From Chrysomallon squamiferum (taxonomy: Eukaryota; Animalia; Mollusca): a DNA stretch of 64,000 nt. The position numbers were made by a program, and so were the translations under genes. Shown piece by piece: positions 43,664-56,689 of this stretch. The notes under the pieces are model-generated. The model did not search any database and had not been told where the DNA came from. It worked only from the letters and a program-made list of their open reading frames with translations. The first letter of the stretch is position 1. The number at the start of each line of letters is the position of its first letter. The stretch spans positions 4,402,001 to 4,466,000 of the forward strand of contig CM022667.1 of the NCBI GenBank assembly GCA_012295275.1, in the 5' to 3' direction.

Positions 43664-44650
43664 AGTAATAATAATTTCCCCAACAGACATTTGTATTGTG
43701 CCAGTAAGTGATAAAACTAACAAGTGCAATAAAAACAAGTTGATGCTAATAATAGGAAGTACAGTAAACTCTCTCTCAGTTTGTTGTTAGTTGAAGACAA
43801 ACAAAGAAATGGATAACACTGCAGAGAGGTTTAGTAAAAGGATTAATATCAAACTATTACATAATACACACACACACAGAGATAATCCACCTACCTGAAA
43901 ACAGATTACGGGTGTTAACATAATCTAAATAATCCATTGAGTAGGTAATCCATTTTCAGCTAACAGTAATATAATGGTTAGATTACAAAATAAAATATTT
44001 ACTGAAGTTTGGTCAGTTATTAAGCCCTATTGATTGAAACTTTACAAATTTATAATACATAGTAATTAGTTGTTTCATGTATGTGTGTGCAGTTATGTTA
44101 AACAGTTCTATAAAATAAAAAACAATTATACATGATACTGAATTTGTGTTTCCTCATTAACAATTTATATTATAAATCTAATTGTGACAAAAATTTATAA
44201 CAGGTATTCTAAGCAATACAAATGTTTATTGGTAAATGTCAAGTAGCAAAGCACCCAAAATGTGCCCCTTGGCATTCATAATATTTTTGATTGCATATAA
44301 AAAAAATAAAAAAAATAGTTTAATTATAACTAGTTGATATATATTGTAAACAAGTGTGCCTTACTGTCTCAGTTATGTTTATGTAAATGGTGATAAAAAA
44401 AATAAATAAATAAAAGAGGTTAATTTATATTGAATAAATGAAGTTGAGATTACAGAATTTATAGTATTGCTGGATATTTACAAGTAAGATTACAAAGGGA
44501 AATAAAAACAATATTTTAACAAAAATAATGAAAATTTACTAGAGAAAATGTTCAGTTACTCCCAATTAAGTAAATACTTTAAATATATTTATATATATAT
44601 ATATATATAAAGTAAAAAATAAAATGACACTATAAACAAAATACTGTTAA

Positions 44651-44681
<31 letters not shown>

Positions 44682-45396
44682 ATGATAAAAAAAAATAATA
44701 ATAAAAAGTAAAAATAAAATGACACTATAAATAAAATATTGTTAATAAGTAAGTAAATAAATAAATTGGTAACAATAACAATAATAATGTTTAAAACTTC
44801 AAAAGAAATAATGAAAATGAAAAAATAAATAAAAATATGTAACAAAAATATTTTATGTTCTAAAACGTTTTAAAGTGTATAACTTTGTAACAAAACAAAG
44901 TAATTTAGAATTACAATGTAAAACAAGAAAGTACAATGTTACAAAACATTAACGATAAAACAGTAAACATACTGCAAGAGAAAAAAACACACACACACAC
45001 ACAAAAAAAAGACATACACTAGAAAGTTTGAAAATGCTAAAGTGTATTTCTGTGAGAAGTCAGGTAAGAAACACTTGAAGAAAGTTTTTTTTAAAGGTAA
45101 AAAGGTAGAGGGGGGAGATAACAGCATTTAGACAATTCCTGTGTTACTAAGCTACAGGTGATAACGAGTATATCAGAGTACACATTGAAACACTGCAGCA
45201 AAAAACTAACAACAAGGATGTAAAGAATAATAATAAAAAGTCATAATCCAGACACAGAAAACTTTGTACCTTGGTAGAGAGAGAACATTTATTATGTATG
45301 TATGTATGTATATGGAATATTGTATTTTTATTTTAAAACATGAAGGTCACTTTGTAATAAATTTGGTGTGAGAGAACACAGCAAAAACCCACAGAT

Positions 45397-45471
<75 letters not shown>

Positions 45472-46792
45472 TTTTGGAATGTACATCTAACATTTCTGAG
45501 TAAGACTGTTGATTGCAAACAAAAAGAAATTACTTAGAGCCATCTGCTGACTTCTTGTTTTACTCTCATTTCATTTACCACTCAGTGTACTTGCAGAAAA
45601 ACACAGGCTGAATGAATACAAGTTATATTCCAGTTCATTAACACTGTCATATTTTCACATTAACAAAAAAATTATATATATTATAAACATTTTTTTTTTT
45701 TTAAATATGTATGTGTGTGTGTGAATACATGTGTGGTTGTGTGTATGTATGTCTGTGTTTGTGTGTATGTATCTAAGTTTATGCACAAGTGTCTGTGTGT
45801 GCTGGGGGGGTGTTTTTGTCTGTCTGTCTGTATGTCTGTGTGTTGTGTGTGTATGCATGTAATATTACGCAAATGGTAAAACAGGACAAACTCAGACACA
45901 CAAACATTCTTACACAACAAAAGTGACTGATCAGAAATGACCACTAGCAGACTGGTCAGACAGTGAGTGACCACTGACCTAGATCCAGCCAAGGTTGTTG
46001 ACAGTGAGTGTAGGTTAGTGACACAGAAATCTCAGTGATCTGGTTAGAAGTTGCACAATCAGTAGAAGTGTGATTTGACTCGGTTTTCAAGTCTTACAAA
46101 ACTCTTATCATGTTGTAGTTGTAAAATAAACAGAAATTGTATTTCTTACTGTCTTAAAAGATTTTTTTTTTTTTTGATTTTTTTTTTTAATATTTTTTTT
46201 TTAATTATTATTTTATATTTCTTTTCTTTCTTTTTTCTTTATATTTTATTTTATTTTTTTTAATTTAAAATGTACAGAAATGAAAAATGAATTTGTTCAT
46301 ATTTACTTATTTTGTTTTATTTAAAAAAAAAATATATATATTTATTATTTATTTTATTTTATTTTATTTTATTTTATTATATTTTTTATTTTTTATTTAT
46401 TTATTTTATTTTATTTTTGTTTTTTTTAATTTATTTTTTAGATATCAAAATACAGAGAAATCAAAAATATTTATCTCACTGCAATACAAAGGTTATCATT
46501 TTTATTTATTTATTTTAGTTAGTTCTCTCTAGAAGATGTTGGAACAAGAAACAGATCAATACATTCTGCAAACAGGATTGATCCCATTATCTGTCATTCC
46601 TCAATCAAACTCTGAAACAAACTCAACTTTTAGTTCAGTATTCAACAAGGTTCTGACTAGGAAATGTGAAATTCTTAAATGATAAAATGAAGTTACGTTT
46701 CAATATGTTGGTTATGTTTAGTTAGTGTATCTGTGTGTGTGTGTGTGTGTGTGTGTGAGCATGCATACACACATTTATATACACATATACAT

Positions 46793-46840
<48 letters not shown>

Positions 46841-47883
46841 ATATATACATATATATAGATATACATATATACAGATAGACATATATAGATATAGAAAAAT
46901 ATATATCTACATATACCATTCTGATAAGAATTTATGTCACAGCTAAAGAGAGATAAAACTGGTTTGAATACTTTTCATGTGATAACTTGTAATAAAATAT
47001 GTAAGTTAAAAACATCAAATAAAATCATAAAACATATTTAAATCCTTGAAAATATTTCACAGACCCACTCAGACCCCTGCAAGTTGAACTACAAAGATGT
47101 AAGTAGTTTTAAAATATAACTAAACAAGGCCTCACATAAATATTTAATCTTTAAAAAAAATATATATATCTATATTATAATAGTAATAATAATAAAGCTT
47201 TTGTCTGATAACTGCTTGGTTAAGAAAAAATATGTTACAAAATACTTAATTACACACACAAACGCAATGTATATATATATGAATATATATAATGAATAAT
47301 AAATGTGTGTTGTGTATATGTACACATTTTATATATATATATATATATATAGATAGATATATATAGATAGATAGATAGATAGATAGATATATAGATAGAC
47401 AGATATAGATATATATATATTGAAGAATCAAACACACCTGGTTTAGAGAATTAACAGTAATATTACACAGAATTAATGTTAGTGTGTTAGAAAATTAATG
47501 TAAGTGATTTAGAAATTTTAATGTTAATGTGTTAGAAGTGGTGTTAATATTACTGAGAATTTCAGAAAATTAATTTGAGATAAAGAAGTACATTCATCTA
47601 GTACCAGTACTGAGATTAGATCCGAGTAGCTGTGAGTGTTCAGTTTAACCACTGAGTGATGTTAGACAACTGACAGAGAGGTGACACACAAGTCAGTCAT
47701 CACCCTCTGTGTACAGTGCTGAGTTACAAACACACAGATCTGTCCCAGCTCACTCACAACATGTTTTTATGTCTAACTTCTACACCGTGCCATTTGTAAC
47801 ATGTTCAGTGTTCTACCCTGTGTGTGTGAGTGTGTGTGTGTGTGTGTCTCTGTGTGTGTGTGTGTGTGTGTATGTGTGTGTAT

Positions 47884-47922
<39 letters not shown>

Positions 47923-48201
47923 TAGAAATCATATTTCATATTTTTATTGCATGAACTTTCACATTTCTGTTGCATTCAACGTCAGTCTCAAATCTGAACT
48001 TAACAGTTGTTTGAAATGTGGTCAAATGGAAGCTAAGAATCAATGTAACAGAACAGTTTTAGATGATGTGAGTTAGTTCTAGACTAGTGAGTTAGTTCTA
48101 GACTAGGTTTGTAGTATGTAGTGTGATGCACAGTAGAAAACAGTATTAAACTTCATACAGAAAATATTTATATCTTATAATTCTTCTTATTAGTATTTTT
48201 A

Positions 48202-48235
<34 letters not shown>

Positions 48236-51150
48236 ATAGATATATATTTATTTATGATACATTATTTTCATATATATTTTAGAAGCATTTTGTATGTATG
48301 TGTATTCATGTGTATATGATTTATGTTTGTTTTTGTTTTGTTTGTTTTGGGGTTTTTTTTTTGTTATTTATTTTTTTAAAATATTTATAAAATGAAAAGA
48401 AAAGCTAATTAATTAATCATGTTTGTTTCAGTGAGGTGTTTTTAAATGGATATTTATTTTCAATTTATCTTAACACTAGATTATTTATTTTTTAGTTTAG
48501 ACTTTTTATTTTTATTTTTTTTATTTTTTTAAACTTCATTATTTTTATGTACTGATTTACGTATCATTTTTTTTTTGATATTATTATTGGGTTGGTTTTT
48601 TTTTTTACTTTTTATTATTGTTTTCTTAGTTTACATGTTGAAATGGAGAAAAGAATATAAATGTTGTAATCTTTATCACCTGACAGAAAGTTTGTCATCT
48701 GGCAGGAATGTAAAACATCAGATGACAAGTATGTTACACTATCTGTACACAAATGAATAAAAATAAAACTGAAAATAAAATAAAAATTAAACGAATTAAA
48801 ATAAATAAAATTAATAAATAAAATTAATAAATAAAATATATATATATATATCTGTACATGAATGAATAAAAATTAAAATTAAAATTAAAATTAAATAAAT
48901 TAAAATAAAAATAAATTAAAATTAATAAATTAAAATAATAAAAATTAAATAAATTAAAATAAAAATAAATAAAAATTAATAAATACAAATGTTATAAATA
49001 AAATTATATTAAAAATAAATAAAAATTAATAAATATGGACGAGATATTGATACTGTAACGAATATACCCAATATACCCGATATACCCAGTATTGAAGCTG
49101 TTAAAAAGTACAATCTGCGAATAGCTGTAAGTTAGATCTGTGTTAGTGTGACCCTGACCCAATGAACTAGTCTCATTCCCGTTTGTTTGAACAGAACCCT
49201 TATCACTCACTTCACTGATTCAACAAGGACTTTTTATTAAAAAACATGTTTAATCTGACTCAGGGGGATGATGAAATGTGGACAGGGTGTGTCAGATAAC
49301 GAATTGTGGGTGGGGCTTTAAGAAGAGGTGGGTTGGGTCAAACAGGGAGAGGAGTAAACGTCCCACCTTTTTAATGAAATGAGGGATAGTCTAGAGTCAC
49401 CTGTGTTTGCTGGATTCTGGACAACTGTTAAATCAGTAACAAATGAGATGGTATGTACTGCCCTGCTAAGTGCACCGAACAAACTGAATGTATTTAAGAT
49501 TCAACAGTGACAAGAAACAAGCAGTTGTAAAATATGTAACATATGTATATGTGTGTGTGTGTGTGTGTACGTACGTATGTGTGTGTATGTGTGTATGTAT
49601 GTGTATGTGTGTGTGTGTGTATGTGTGTATGTGTGTGTATGTATGTGTGTGTGTGTATGTATATGTACATATGTTAATAATGTATGTATATAATAATATA
49701 GTAACGTTAATAATGTATGTTTGTGTGTATGTATGTATGTATGTATGTATGTATGTATATATGTATGTAATTATGTAAGTATGTATGTAATTCAAGATGT
49801 CACTGATCTATATTCAAAAGATATTATAAGCACAGTTAATAGCATATTAAAACAAAACAAAAATGAAAGATCTACTGCAATCCTACAGTAAGTTACTGTT
49901 TTACTGATCAGCAGCAAGGACTATTTTACAAATTCACCTTTGATGAAACACAAAACACTAACCCCCCCCCATTACATGTACACTAAGAAATGTAACACAA
50001 ACCAATCTTACATTCTAATCACTAAAGATAATCTATCACTTGCAGTGTCTATAACCACAACATTCACTTGAAGAAAAAGCTGAAAAATGTTTTCAAGTAT
50101 CAGCATGACTGTAACAGATGGTTCAAGCACATCTGTAATGGGTCTATTTCACAGAGGTCAGCTATTGTACTTTAAGTAGTTAAAAAGTACATGTATGTAA
50201 TAAAACCTATTTCTGTTTCAGTGTACAATGATGTCAGGTTGTAAGGAGTCTAAATCTGCACAGACTGGTCGACTCAACAATGCACTGCATACCAGGTAGT
50301 TATTAGTTAGGTAACAGAGTTGTTTGTGAAAGGATAACAATGCAGTTATTAATTTATACAACATGGTTTTCTTTCAGGTGTAACAATAGCTGTTAATTAC
50401 AAAACACATGTAATTATTGTTAATAAATAAGTTGATAAGTACTAAATCCTCAATCACATTTGATTATTCTCCTGAAATTATTGAAATTATAAAAAGATTA
50501 TACATACATATATTTAAATAATAAAGCATTGACACACAGATACACAGACAAGTGCACACTTAAACAGACATATACACACACAGACAGACACATATAAAAA
50601 TATATAAATATATATTATACACAGATACAAAAATTATACACACTGATATACCCTGTATATGCTAAACAACACATAACACTATGAAAACTCATGTTTTCAA
50701 TACAGTCCACAGTTTTAAAACATCTACATCTTTTTTTTTTTATATAAAACTTTACTGGGTTTTTTCACACAGGTGGGTGACAGGTGGGTGTGTCAAGTTT
50801 GCTACCTGGATTATTTATTTTAAAAGAATATTTTATAATCTGCTACAAATTTTTTATCCAATATTGTTAATGGAGATATATTTATTTATTTAAAATGTAT
50901 GTCTATCAAATTATTAAAAAAATTTTTACCTGTCAAAATACATCAATAATGAGATAAATTAAGAGAAGACAGGTAAACATGTTTACATACAACAAGCAAA
51001 TGAAAGAGAATGAAAGAAACGTAGATGAAACATTCACATCTACATATACCAGCACACAAAAGACAAATATAATTACATAAAAATACATTTACACATAATA
51101 TAATTACATACTGTCAGATTACACAGAAAAAATACAATTTATGTAAATCA

Positions 51151-51198
<48 letters not shown>

Positions 51199-51373
51199 TC
51201 AGTTACATCATAGATACATACACACACACACTTACACAAACACACACATTAACACAAATATATTAACACTAGTTAACACATATACACAGAAATACACAAC
51301 ACAGTTTCACACAAACATACACAAACACACACAGAGATATACAGACAAACAAACACTTTCACATAAAAACATA

Positions 51374-51417
<44 letters not shown>

Positions 51418-51869
51418 GACACAGACACACACACAGACAGACATACTATCAGTCACTAGCTAACAAATATTACCTGGGACTGCCAGCCAAACATCCAAAC
51501 CCTGAAACATAACCTTAACCCTTTGAGTGACAAACTTGTTTCGCAGACAGCACCTTTCCGTAATCCTTCTTAGCCTTCAGGTATGCAACAGGTGTATCAA
51601 TTAGGTCATCTTAAAACAGGTGTAACCGTGGAAACAAACCGTAACCGTGGAAATGGACTGTTTCGTAATAATTACACTCACGTGCATGATTTTTTTTGAC
51701 AAAAAAAAAGTGTGAAAGCTTTCACAATATTCAGCATGCATAAGCAATTTAAACATCCAAAAAAAAAAATTTAAAAATAATTGTCATTATGATGCTCATG
51801 AATATTCATGGATAATGATTAACATCAGCCATGTGTCTCAGATGTCAGATCATTTTTCTGACACAGACA

Positions 51870-51903
<34 letters not shown>

Positions 51904-51967
51904 TTTTAGACTGATCATAACTGATAGAATATTGGACACAGAAAAAAAAGATAACAATAATAATATC

Positions 51968-52010
<43 letters not shown>

Positions 52011-52110
52011 TTAATAATAATATTATTAAAATAATAATAACAATAACAATAATAATAATAAAAATAATAATAACAACAATAATAATAAAAATAATAATAA
52101 TAACAATAGC

Positions 52111-52145
<35 letters not shown>

Positions 52146-52254
52146 CAATAGCAATAATAATAATAATAACAATAAGTCCTGAAGAAGTGTTGAACAATAC
52201 AGAGTAACATACAAACAAAGCTGATTAATGTAAGAGCACTTTACTATATGTAAT

Positions 52255-52306
<52 letters not shown>

Positions 52307-54076
52307 GTATTTAATAACATAATCCTAATCCAATGAACACATTCACATTTGTGTGTGTGCACGTATATACGTGAGCAGAGGAACAGAAAAAAAAAAGAGA
52401 AATATCTTAGAAACAGAGACTGCACCTCTGAAAAGTAAACTGAAAACTTCACAATTTATCTATAAACAATTTCTGTATTTGTTTTTGTCTGCCTCAATAC
52501 ATTCTTTATCTAGTCAGATACCTCACTATACACTTTATCTAGTCAGATACCTCACTATATACTATATCTAGTCAGATACCTCACCACGTACTTTATCTAG
52601 TCGATATCTCACTACGTACTTTATCTAGTCAGATATCTCACTATATACTTTATCTAGTCATACCTCACTCCATACTTTATCCAGTCGATATCTCACTACA
52701 TACTTTATCTAGTCAGACACCTCACTACATACTTTATCTAGTCAGATATCTCACTACATACTTTATCTAGTCAGATATCTCACTATGTACTTTATCTAGT
52801 CAGATATCTCACTATGTACTTTATCTAGTCGATATCTCACTACATACTTTATCTAGTCCGTTATCTCACTACATACTTTATCTAGTCAGATAAATATTTA
52901 CACATACAGAAAACATGTCTGACAGATTTATAGAGTTCCCATTCACTTATTGCAATTATAAAAAACATACACTGATTAAGTAAACAGACAACACTTACTC
53001 ACTGGTGTCTGGTCGCTGGGGGTTATCGGTGTATCACTGCACCCAGGAATGTATCCAGGGTGTGCAAGAACATGCACACTTAAAAAACTTGATAAACAGA
53101 CAGTGAAGAAAATATACGCATTATCCAGATCAGTATTAAAGTTTATACTGAAAAATTGAGGAGACATTTGTTTTTCGTGTGTGTGCCTGTGCATGTGGCT
53201 GTGTTTGTGTAAGGGTTGGATATGGGGGGTTGTGTGTGTATGTATGTATTTTAAAACACTTTAGATATAAATGTAAAAAATTTCTAATCAACTTACTGAC
53301 ATCTTCCAAGAGTTGAATGTTAGATGAATAAAAAACAGAAATTTCAAACTTCATTTATATTTTTGGTTTTTCATCCTTTATACGAAATACTGATCATTAT
53401 AAAAATCCATTTCCTTTTGCCTAAACTATTAATTCTGAAAACTTAGCAACCTTTATATAACTGTGGTTGCCAAACTGTAGCCAAAAACATTTCTAAGATT
53501 TTCTTACATCAGTGAATAACATTTGACATCAAACTACAAACCTCTAATTTGCTTAAAAATTGAACAACAAAATCTAAGTAAACCAAAAAAATATCTACTA
53601 CTGATAATAAACAGAAAAGATATCAAGTGTAAAGTGTATCCAGATATTGCTATAAATTATACTTAAGTTGAATCGTAAAAGTGAAAATGCCAGATTGAGG
53701 GAGAAGGCAAAAATAGGCTAAAACTAAAACAGTCAACGTTTGTATATAAAAACCTGACAACAGCTCAACAGACAGGTTTTATAATCTTAAACAATAAACA
53801 AATTACCTGTGTATTTGTCAGCCTGGTGATAATCTAGTCTCTCTGTCATTAAAACTGCGGAACTGAACAACTGTTTAATTAGCAAGCTGTTACTAACACC
53901 CACCAACTCACTGCAGCTGTTTTTATATACAAACACTGAGTGTCACACAAACCTTGGTGTATCCACATTTTCATGACCAAATTGATTTTTATCAGTACTG
54001 CAACAGTTATCAATAATTAATTGTGTTTATGTTTAAATAACTTTACTTCTTCTAAACTTTGGTTAGCAAATGGACT

Positions 54077-54110
<34 letters not shown>

Positions 54111-54564
54111 GAAAATAAAAAAATAAGCAAAAACATTTTATAACCGGTTTTTTTGTTGTTGTTGTTGTTTTTTTGTTTTTTAATGTAAACAACTTTGAGT
54201 TTACAAGGTTATAGTTACTAAAGGGGGTGAACCCAAACTGGGCCTCGGACATGATCCGGAAGCCATGTTGATACGTTTTATACCAAAAGCACTCTGCGAT
54301 ATTGATATAAAAACAGTTGTTAATCGTGTATCCTCGGTGGCACATGTTTTTATGTGCTATGCCTCAGTGAAATATGTTTCTACAAGTGTACACCCCGAAA
54401 CTGTCAAAAGATGCGGACCACGAAACACGCAGTCAACTGACCGAAGCGAAACATGTTTTTTCTTCTTTTTTTTTTTTAGCCCATCTTTCATAACGTGATA
54501 AAAATCCACACCGACACTACATTTCAAAGTCGTACTTACCTTCGCCAGTTGAACTTTCACTCAT
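15917..54564 (-). CDS. HNF4: Hepatocyte nuclear factor 4 (NR2A) gene, spliced; longest-span model 54540-54564, 30886-30930, 20487-20777, 18279-18394, 17838-17987, 17376-17616, 16811-17047, 15917-16382 (~523 aa after a 1-nt correction in the last exon)
   Basis: Diagnostic HNF4 DBD ([33 protein letters not shown]...[17 protein letters not shown]), T-box [13 protein letters not shown] ([11 protein letters not shown]...[16 protein letters not shown]...[10 protein letters not shown]...[26 protein letters not shown]...[11 protein letters not shown]) and C-terminal KQEVM. GT-AG junctions with matching phases. The core is certain; the 5' extent is less so. Confidence 0.95.
16811..17047 (-). CDS. HNF4: HNF4 LBD exon, helices 9-12 incl. 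AF-2 ([10 protein letters not shown]...[10 protein letters not shown])
   Basis: tttcacag|AT acceptor, G|gtcagt donor, 237 nt, phase 1-1. Confidence 0.97.
17376..17616 (-). CDS. HNF4: HNF4 LBD exon ([20 protein letters not shown]...[10 protein letters not shown])
   Basis: tttcag|GTT acceptor, G|gtgag donor, 241 nt, phase 0-1. Confidence 0.97.
17838..17987 (-). CDS. HNF4: HNF4 LBD exon ([50 protein letters not shown])
   Basis: ttcag|GTT acceptor, CAG|gtcagt donor, 150 nt, phase 0-0; NR signature motif; absent from the ORF track. Confidence 0.97.
18279..18394 (-). CDS. HNF4: HNF4 T-box/hinge exon ([39 protein letters not shown])
   Basis: ttttacag|CA acceptor (NAGNAG), CAG|gtaaac donor, 116 nt, phase 1-0. 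Confidence 0.97.
18361..19990 (-). repeat. Compound minisatellite, ~20 copies of a 62/75/88-bp unit that copies the HNF4 intron end and first 29 nt of the T-box exon; degenerate ctcacagttaa tail to ~20120
   Basis: Core ctcacactgatacgatctcgctcattctgtactgctgtaaaataacaa (48 bp) plus variable numbers of 13-14-bp subunits (ctcacagttagcta, ctcacacttagtg, ctcacactgagta). Confidence 0.97.
20487..20777 (-). CDS. HNF4: HNF4 DNA-binding-domain exon (both C4 zinc fingers)
   Basis: ctttcag|AG acceptor, G|gtaag donor, 291 nt, phase 1-1; P-box CDGCKG. Confidence 0.98.
23082..23148 (-). CDS. HNF4: Candidate alternative HNF4 first coding exon ([22 protein letters not shown])
   Basis: ATG 23148, 67 nt, G|gtgagt phase-1 donor compatible with the DBD exon; TATATA at 23244-23249 upstream. 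Confidence 0.55.
25259..25355 (-). CDS. HNF4: Candidate alternative HNF4 first coding exon ([32 protein letters not shown])
   Basis: ATG 25355, 97 nt, G|gtgggt phase-1 donor; lies in a local GC/CpG-rich patch within an AT-rich intron. Confidence 0.55.
26930..27090. repeat. Degenerate ~24-bp tandem repeat
   Basis: Recurrent tatttatct(g/a)aacaaaaagtaa. Confidence 0.7.
28950..29405. repeat. Complex (TA)n/tacaaa microsatellite
   Basis: Seen directly; source of several spurious ORFs. Confidence 0.95.
29529..29740 (-). promoter_or_regulatory. Candidate internal HNF4 promoter: perfect DR1 (AGGTCA-A-AGTTCA, 29728-29740), TATAAAA (29619-29625), short exon ending ATG|gtaaat (29529)
   Basis: Motifs in the expected order on the minus strand within a GC-richer patch. 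Confidence 0.45.
30421..30880. repeat. ~50-bp tandem repeat, ~9 copies plus a partial, abutting the donor of the 45-nt HNF4 exon
   Basis: Unit tctcactgtgagtaatcaactgctcactttaacataatgataatcataga. Confidence 0.95.
30886..30930 (-). CDS. HNF4: HNF4 45-nt A/B-domain exon ([15 protein letters not shown])
   Basis: aatttttcag| acceptor, CAG|gtgagt donor, open phase 1-1, joins the DBD exon in frame. Confidence 0.75.
33160..33500. repeat. Highly degenerate ~42-bp tandem repeat
   Basis: Recurrent cataaatacaaa...tat..aagaccat motif. Confidence 0.55.
34040..34480. repeat. Imperfect (CA)n/(CAGA) tract; similar at 31877-32160
   Basis: Seen directly. Confidence 0.9.
36110..36466. repeat. ~81-bp degenerate tandem repeat (~4 copies) spanning the donor of the 36454-36875 exon
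   Basis: Recurrent aattaaaataac...tttttcagca...ttttcactaccaatatggtttttgaaaattata at spacings of 80-82 bp. Confidence 0.8.
36454..36875 (-). CDS. HNF4: Candidate long alternative HNF4 first coding exon ([11 protein letters not shown]...Asn/Ser-rich...[26 protein letters not shown]), frame-disrupted near 36530-36545
   Basis: aaaacaATG at 36875, GC-rich coding-like composition, A|gtaaag phase-1 donor at 36454 fitting the 45-nt exon; 5' and 3' parts are in different frames. Confidence 0.6.
51474..51510 (-). CDS. Weak candidate alternative HNF4 first exon ([12 protein letters not shown])
   Basis: ATG 51510, 37 nt, CAG|gtaata phase-1 donor; could be chance. Confidence 0.25.
52500..52892. repeat. 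~31-bp minisatellite, ~12 copies
   Basis: Unit tactttatctagtcagatatctcactaca. Confidence 0.95.
54540..54564 (-). CDS. HNF4: Candidate distal HNF4 first coding exon (MSESSTGE)
   Basis: caaaATG at 54564, 25 nt, consensus AAG|gtaagt phase-1 donor; located where CpGs reappear after a CpG-poor gene body. Confidence 0.65.
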
Positions 54565-54810
54565 TTTGAGACAAACGTTTAGACTTTGGTCATCTGCCCC
54601 GGAAATCTTTGGACTTCTTTACTGCCAGATTTCAAAGTTCATGGCATAAACAAAGTTATTCGGAAGACGAACAACCTCTCAAAGAGAAGGCCACACATCA
54701 GATATCACGTGATGTGTCATATGACACGTTAGCAAAGCGGAAATGATCATCAGCTGATAATAAATGTGTAGGGTATACCTGTACTTTGATAATATTACGT
54801 AACAGAACAT
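54565..54810 (-). promoter_or_regulatory. Distal HNF4 promoter/5'UTR with DR1-like, Fox, E-box and PAR/C/EBP-type motifs
   Basis: TGACCAAAGTCTA (54580-54592, -), ATTTCAAAGTTCA (54629-54641, +), TAAACAAA 54647-54654, TCACGTGA 54705-54712, TTACGTAA 54795-54802. Confidence 0.45.
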
Positions 54811-55111
54811 TATATAAATAAGGATGTCAAATATAATAAATAATAACAATTAAAAAAATAATCAAATAAATATATCTTATTTTAATCCCCTCTGCTTATC
54901 AAACAGACCATTAAGTACACTAATACTAAATACGACGATATTTGTCTAAATGCTTAGAAAGGTTAGATTGCCTTTACGTGGTAATTCTCTTGTATCTGTT
55001 GGTATTGGGGTTTTAGTTCACTGATAAAAGGATGAAATCTATTCTGGTAAGTAAGAGGTTTTTTTTAGTTTTCTTTTGTTGTTTTTTTCCCCCAATCAGT
55101 AATTCTTGGAT

Positions 55112-55183
<72 letters not shown>

Positions 55184-55553
55184 GGTGTGGTCTCAGAATT
55201 GATTTTATTTAAGTACTTCTTTATTCAGCATACTCACAGAGACACAAACACACACACATCTTGCTTACACCCACACACAATAATAAATTAAAAGATAATC
55301 GAGGAAGTCACATATTTTAACTCTGTAGAAATGTGAGAGGTGAAGGACAGTTTACAATATTAACGTGGTAAGAATCGGGTCAGTTATGACATTGTGCTTT
55401 GTGCGAGATCGCGATGCAAATACAACACTGTCTATGTCATCACATGAACAACTAAACAAATTTCATCAAGGCCGTATACTTGCAGTCTGGGTCACATTCA
55501 TGGCGTACGTATCAAAATACTGAGATAATTTCATTTTATGAAAGGCATTTGAC

Positions 55554-55634
<81 letters not shown>

Positions 55635-56689
55635 GATCATTAAAAATTAAAAAAAGCGTGACCGAAGTACTACATTTTCGGGACATAAAAGTAATGTGTT
55701 TATCTAAAAGAAGCATACAGTTACATGCAACAAAAAAAACAACACAAAAAAACAACAACGACAACAACCAAAAACAAACAAACAAACAAACAAACAACTA
55801 TAATCATTATCATTATTATTATTATTATGCATTAATATTATTTCACTCTGTAAATCATTTTGTCTAGTAACTAGATACCTTAATTTAATGTACTGGAGCA
55901 GTATTTGATTAGGAAAGGTTGTGTCTATGTATGTATGTATAGCTAGAGTAAATGTACGTGTGTGTGCATACGCATTTATGCGTATCTAGGTGTGTTTGAT
56001 AAATCTACGATTGATACATTGCTTGTATATCTCGTCGATTTTCTTCCATCCTATTTTTATTTCTTCTTTCGTTCTTGTAACTTCCTTTTTTACGTTTTTT
56101 CCAAGCATCCATTTTTGAAAGTAACAGAAACGTAGTCATGCATGTGAAATCAAATTTAAAAAATTAAAATAAGAAAGAAAGAAACAGCCTCAGATGTTAT
56201 CATTAAATAGTATTAGTATGCATGCACACATGCATATTAATCCACTCTGAAATATCCCTTGCCCCTTTGTATATAATAGAATATATATGTAGTACCTATG
56301 AACGTCTGGCTGTATGTGTATGGTGTGTGTGTGGGGGGGTGAAGTGGATGGGTGAATGTATGCATATAACTGTATGTGTTTGATGAACCTACTATTAAGC
56401 ACATTACTTATATATCGCGTTGATTTTCTTTCTTTCTAGTATTTACCTATTTTAAATCGCAAAATGATTAAAATTAAATTGGATAATTGTGAAAATTAAA
56501 ATCAAAACTTTTTCACAAGAACAATATCAGACTCCACAAAAGATTCTTATATTATAAATAGTATAACATATTTTGTCACACGTGACATACGATTCCGATT
56601 AACTACAAAGAACATTAAGCTGTGTTACCGTGTATGTTGTGGTTCTCAGTAAAGTAGAGGTGGAATATCTTTTCACCTAATTATCTTTA

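Noticed and set aside
45270-45288. ATG-MFSLYQ-G|gtacaa mini first exon
   Set aside because: Weak donor, very short, no promoter context; expected by chance.
52999-53078. Possible HNF4 cassette exon ([27 protein letters not shown]|gtaagt donor)
   Set aside because: The nearby acceptors are phase 2 and do not fit the phase-1 upstream donor, and the local ATG frame stops; could still be a UTR exon but unsupported.
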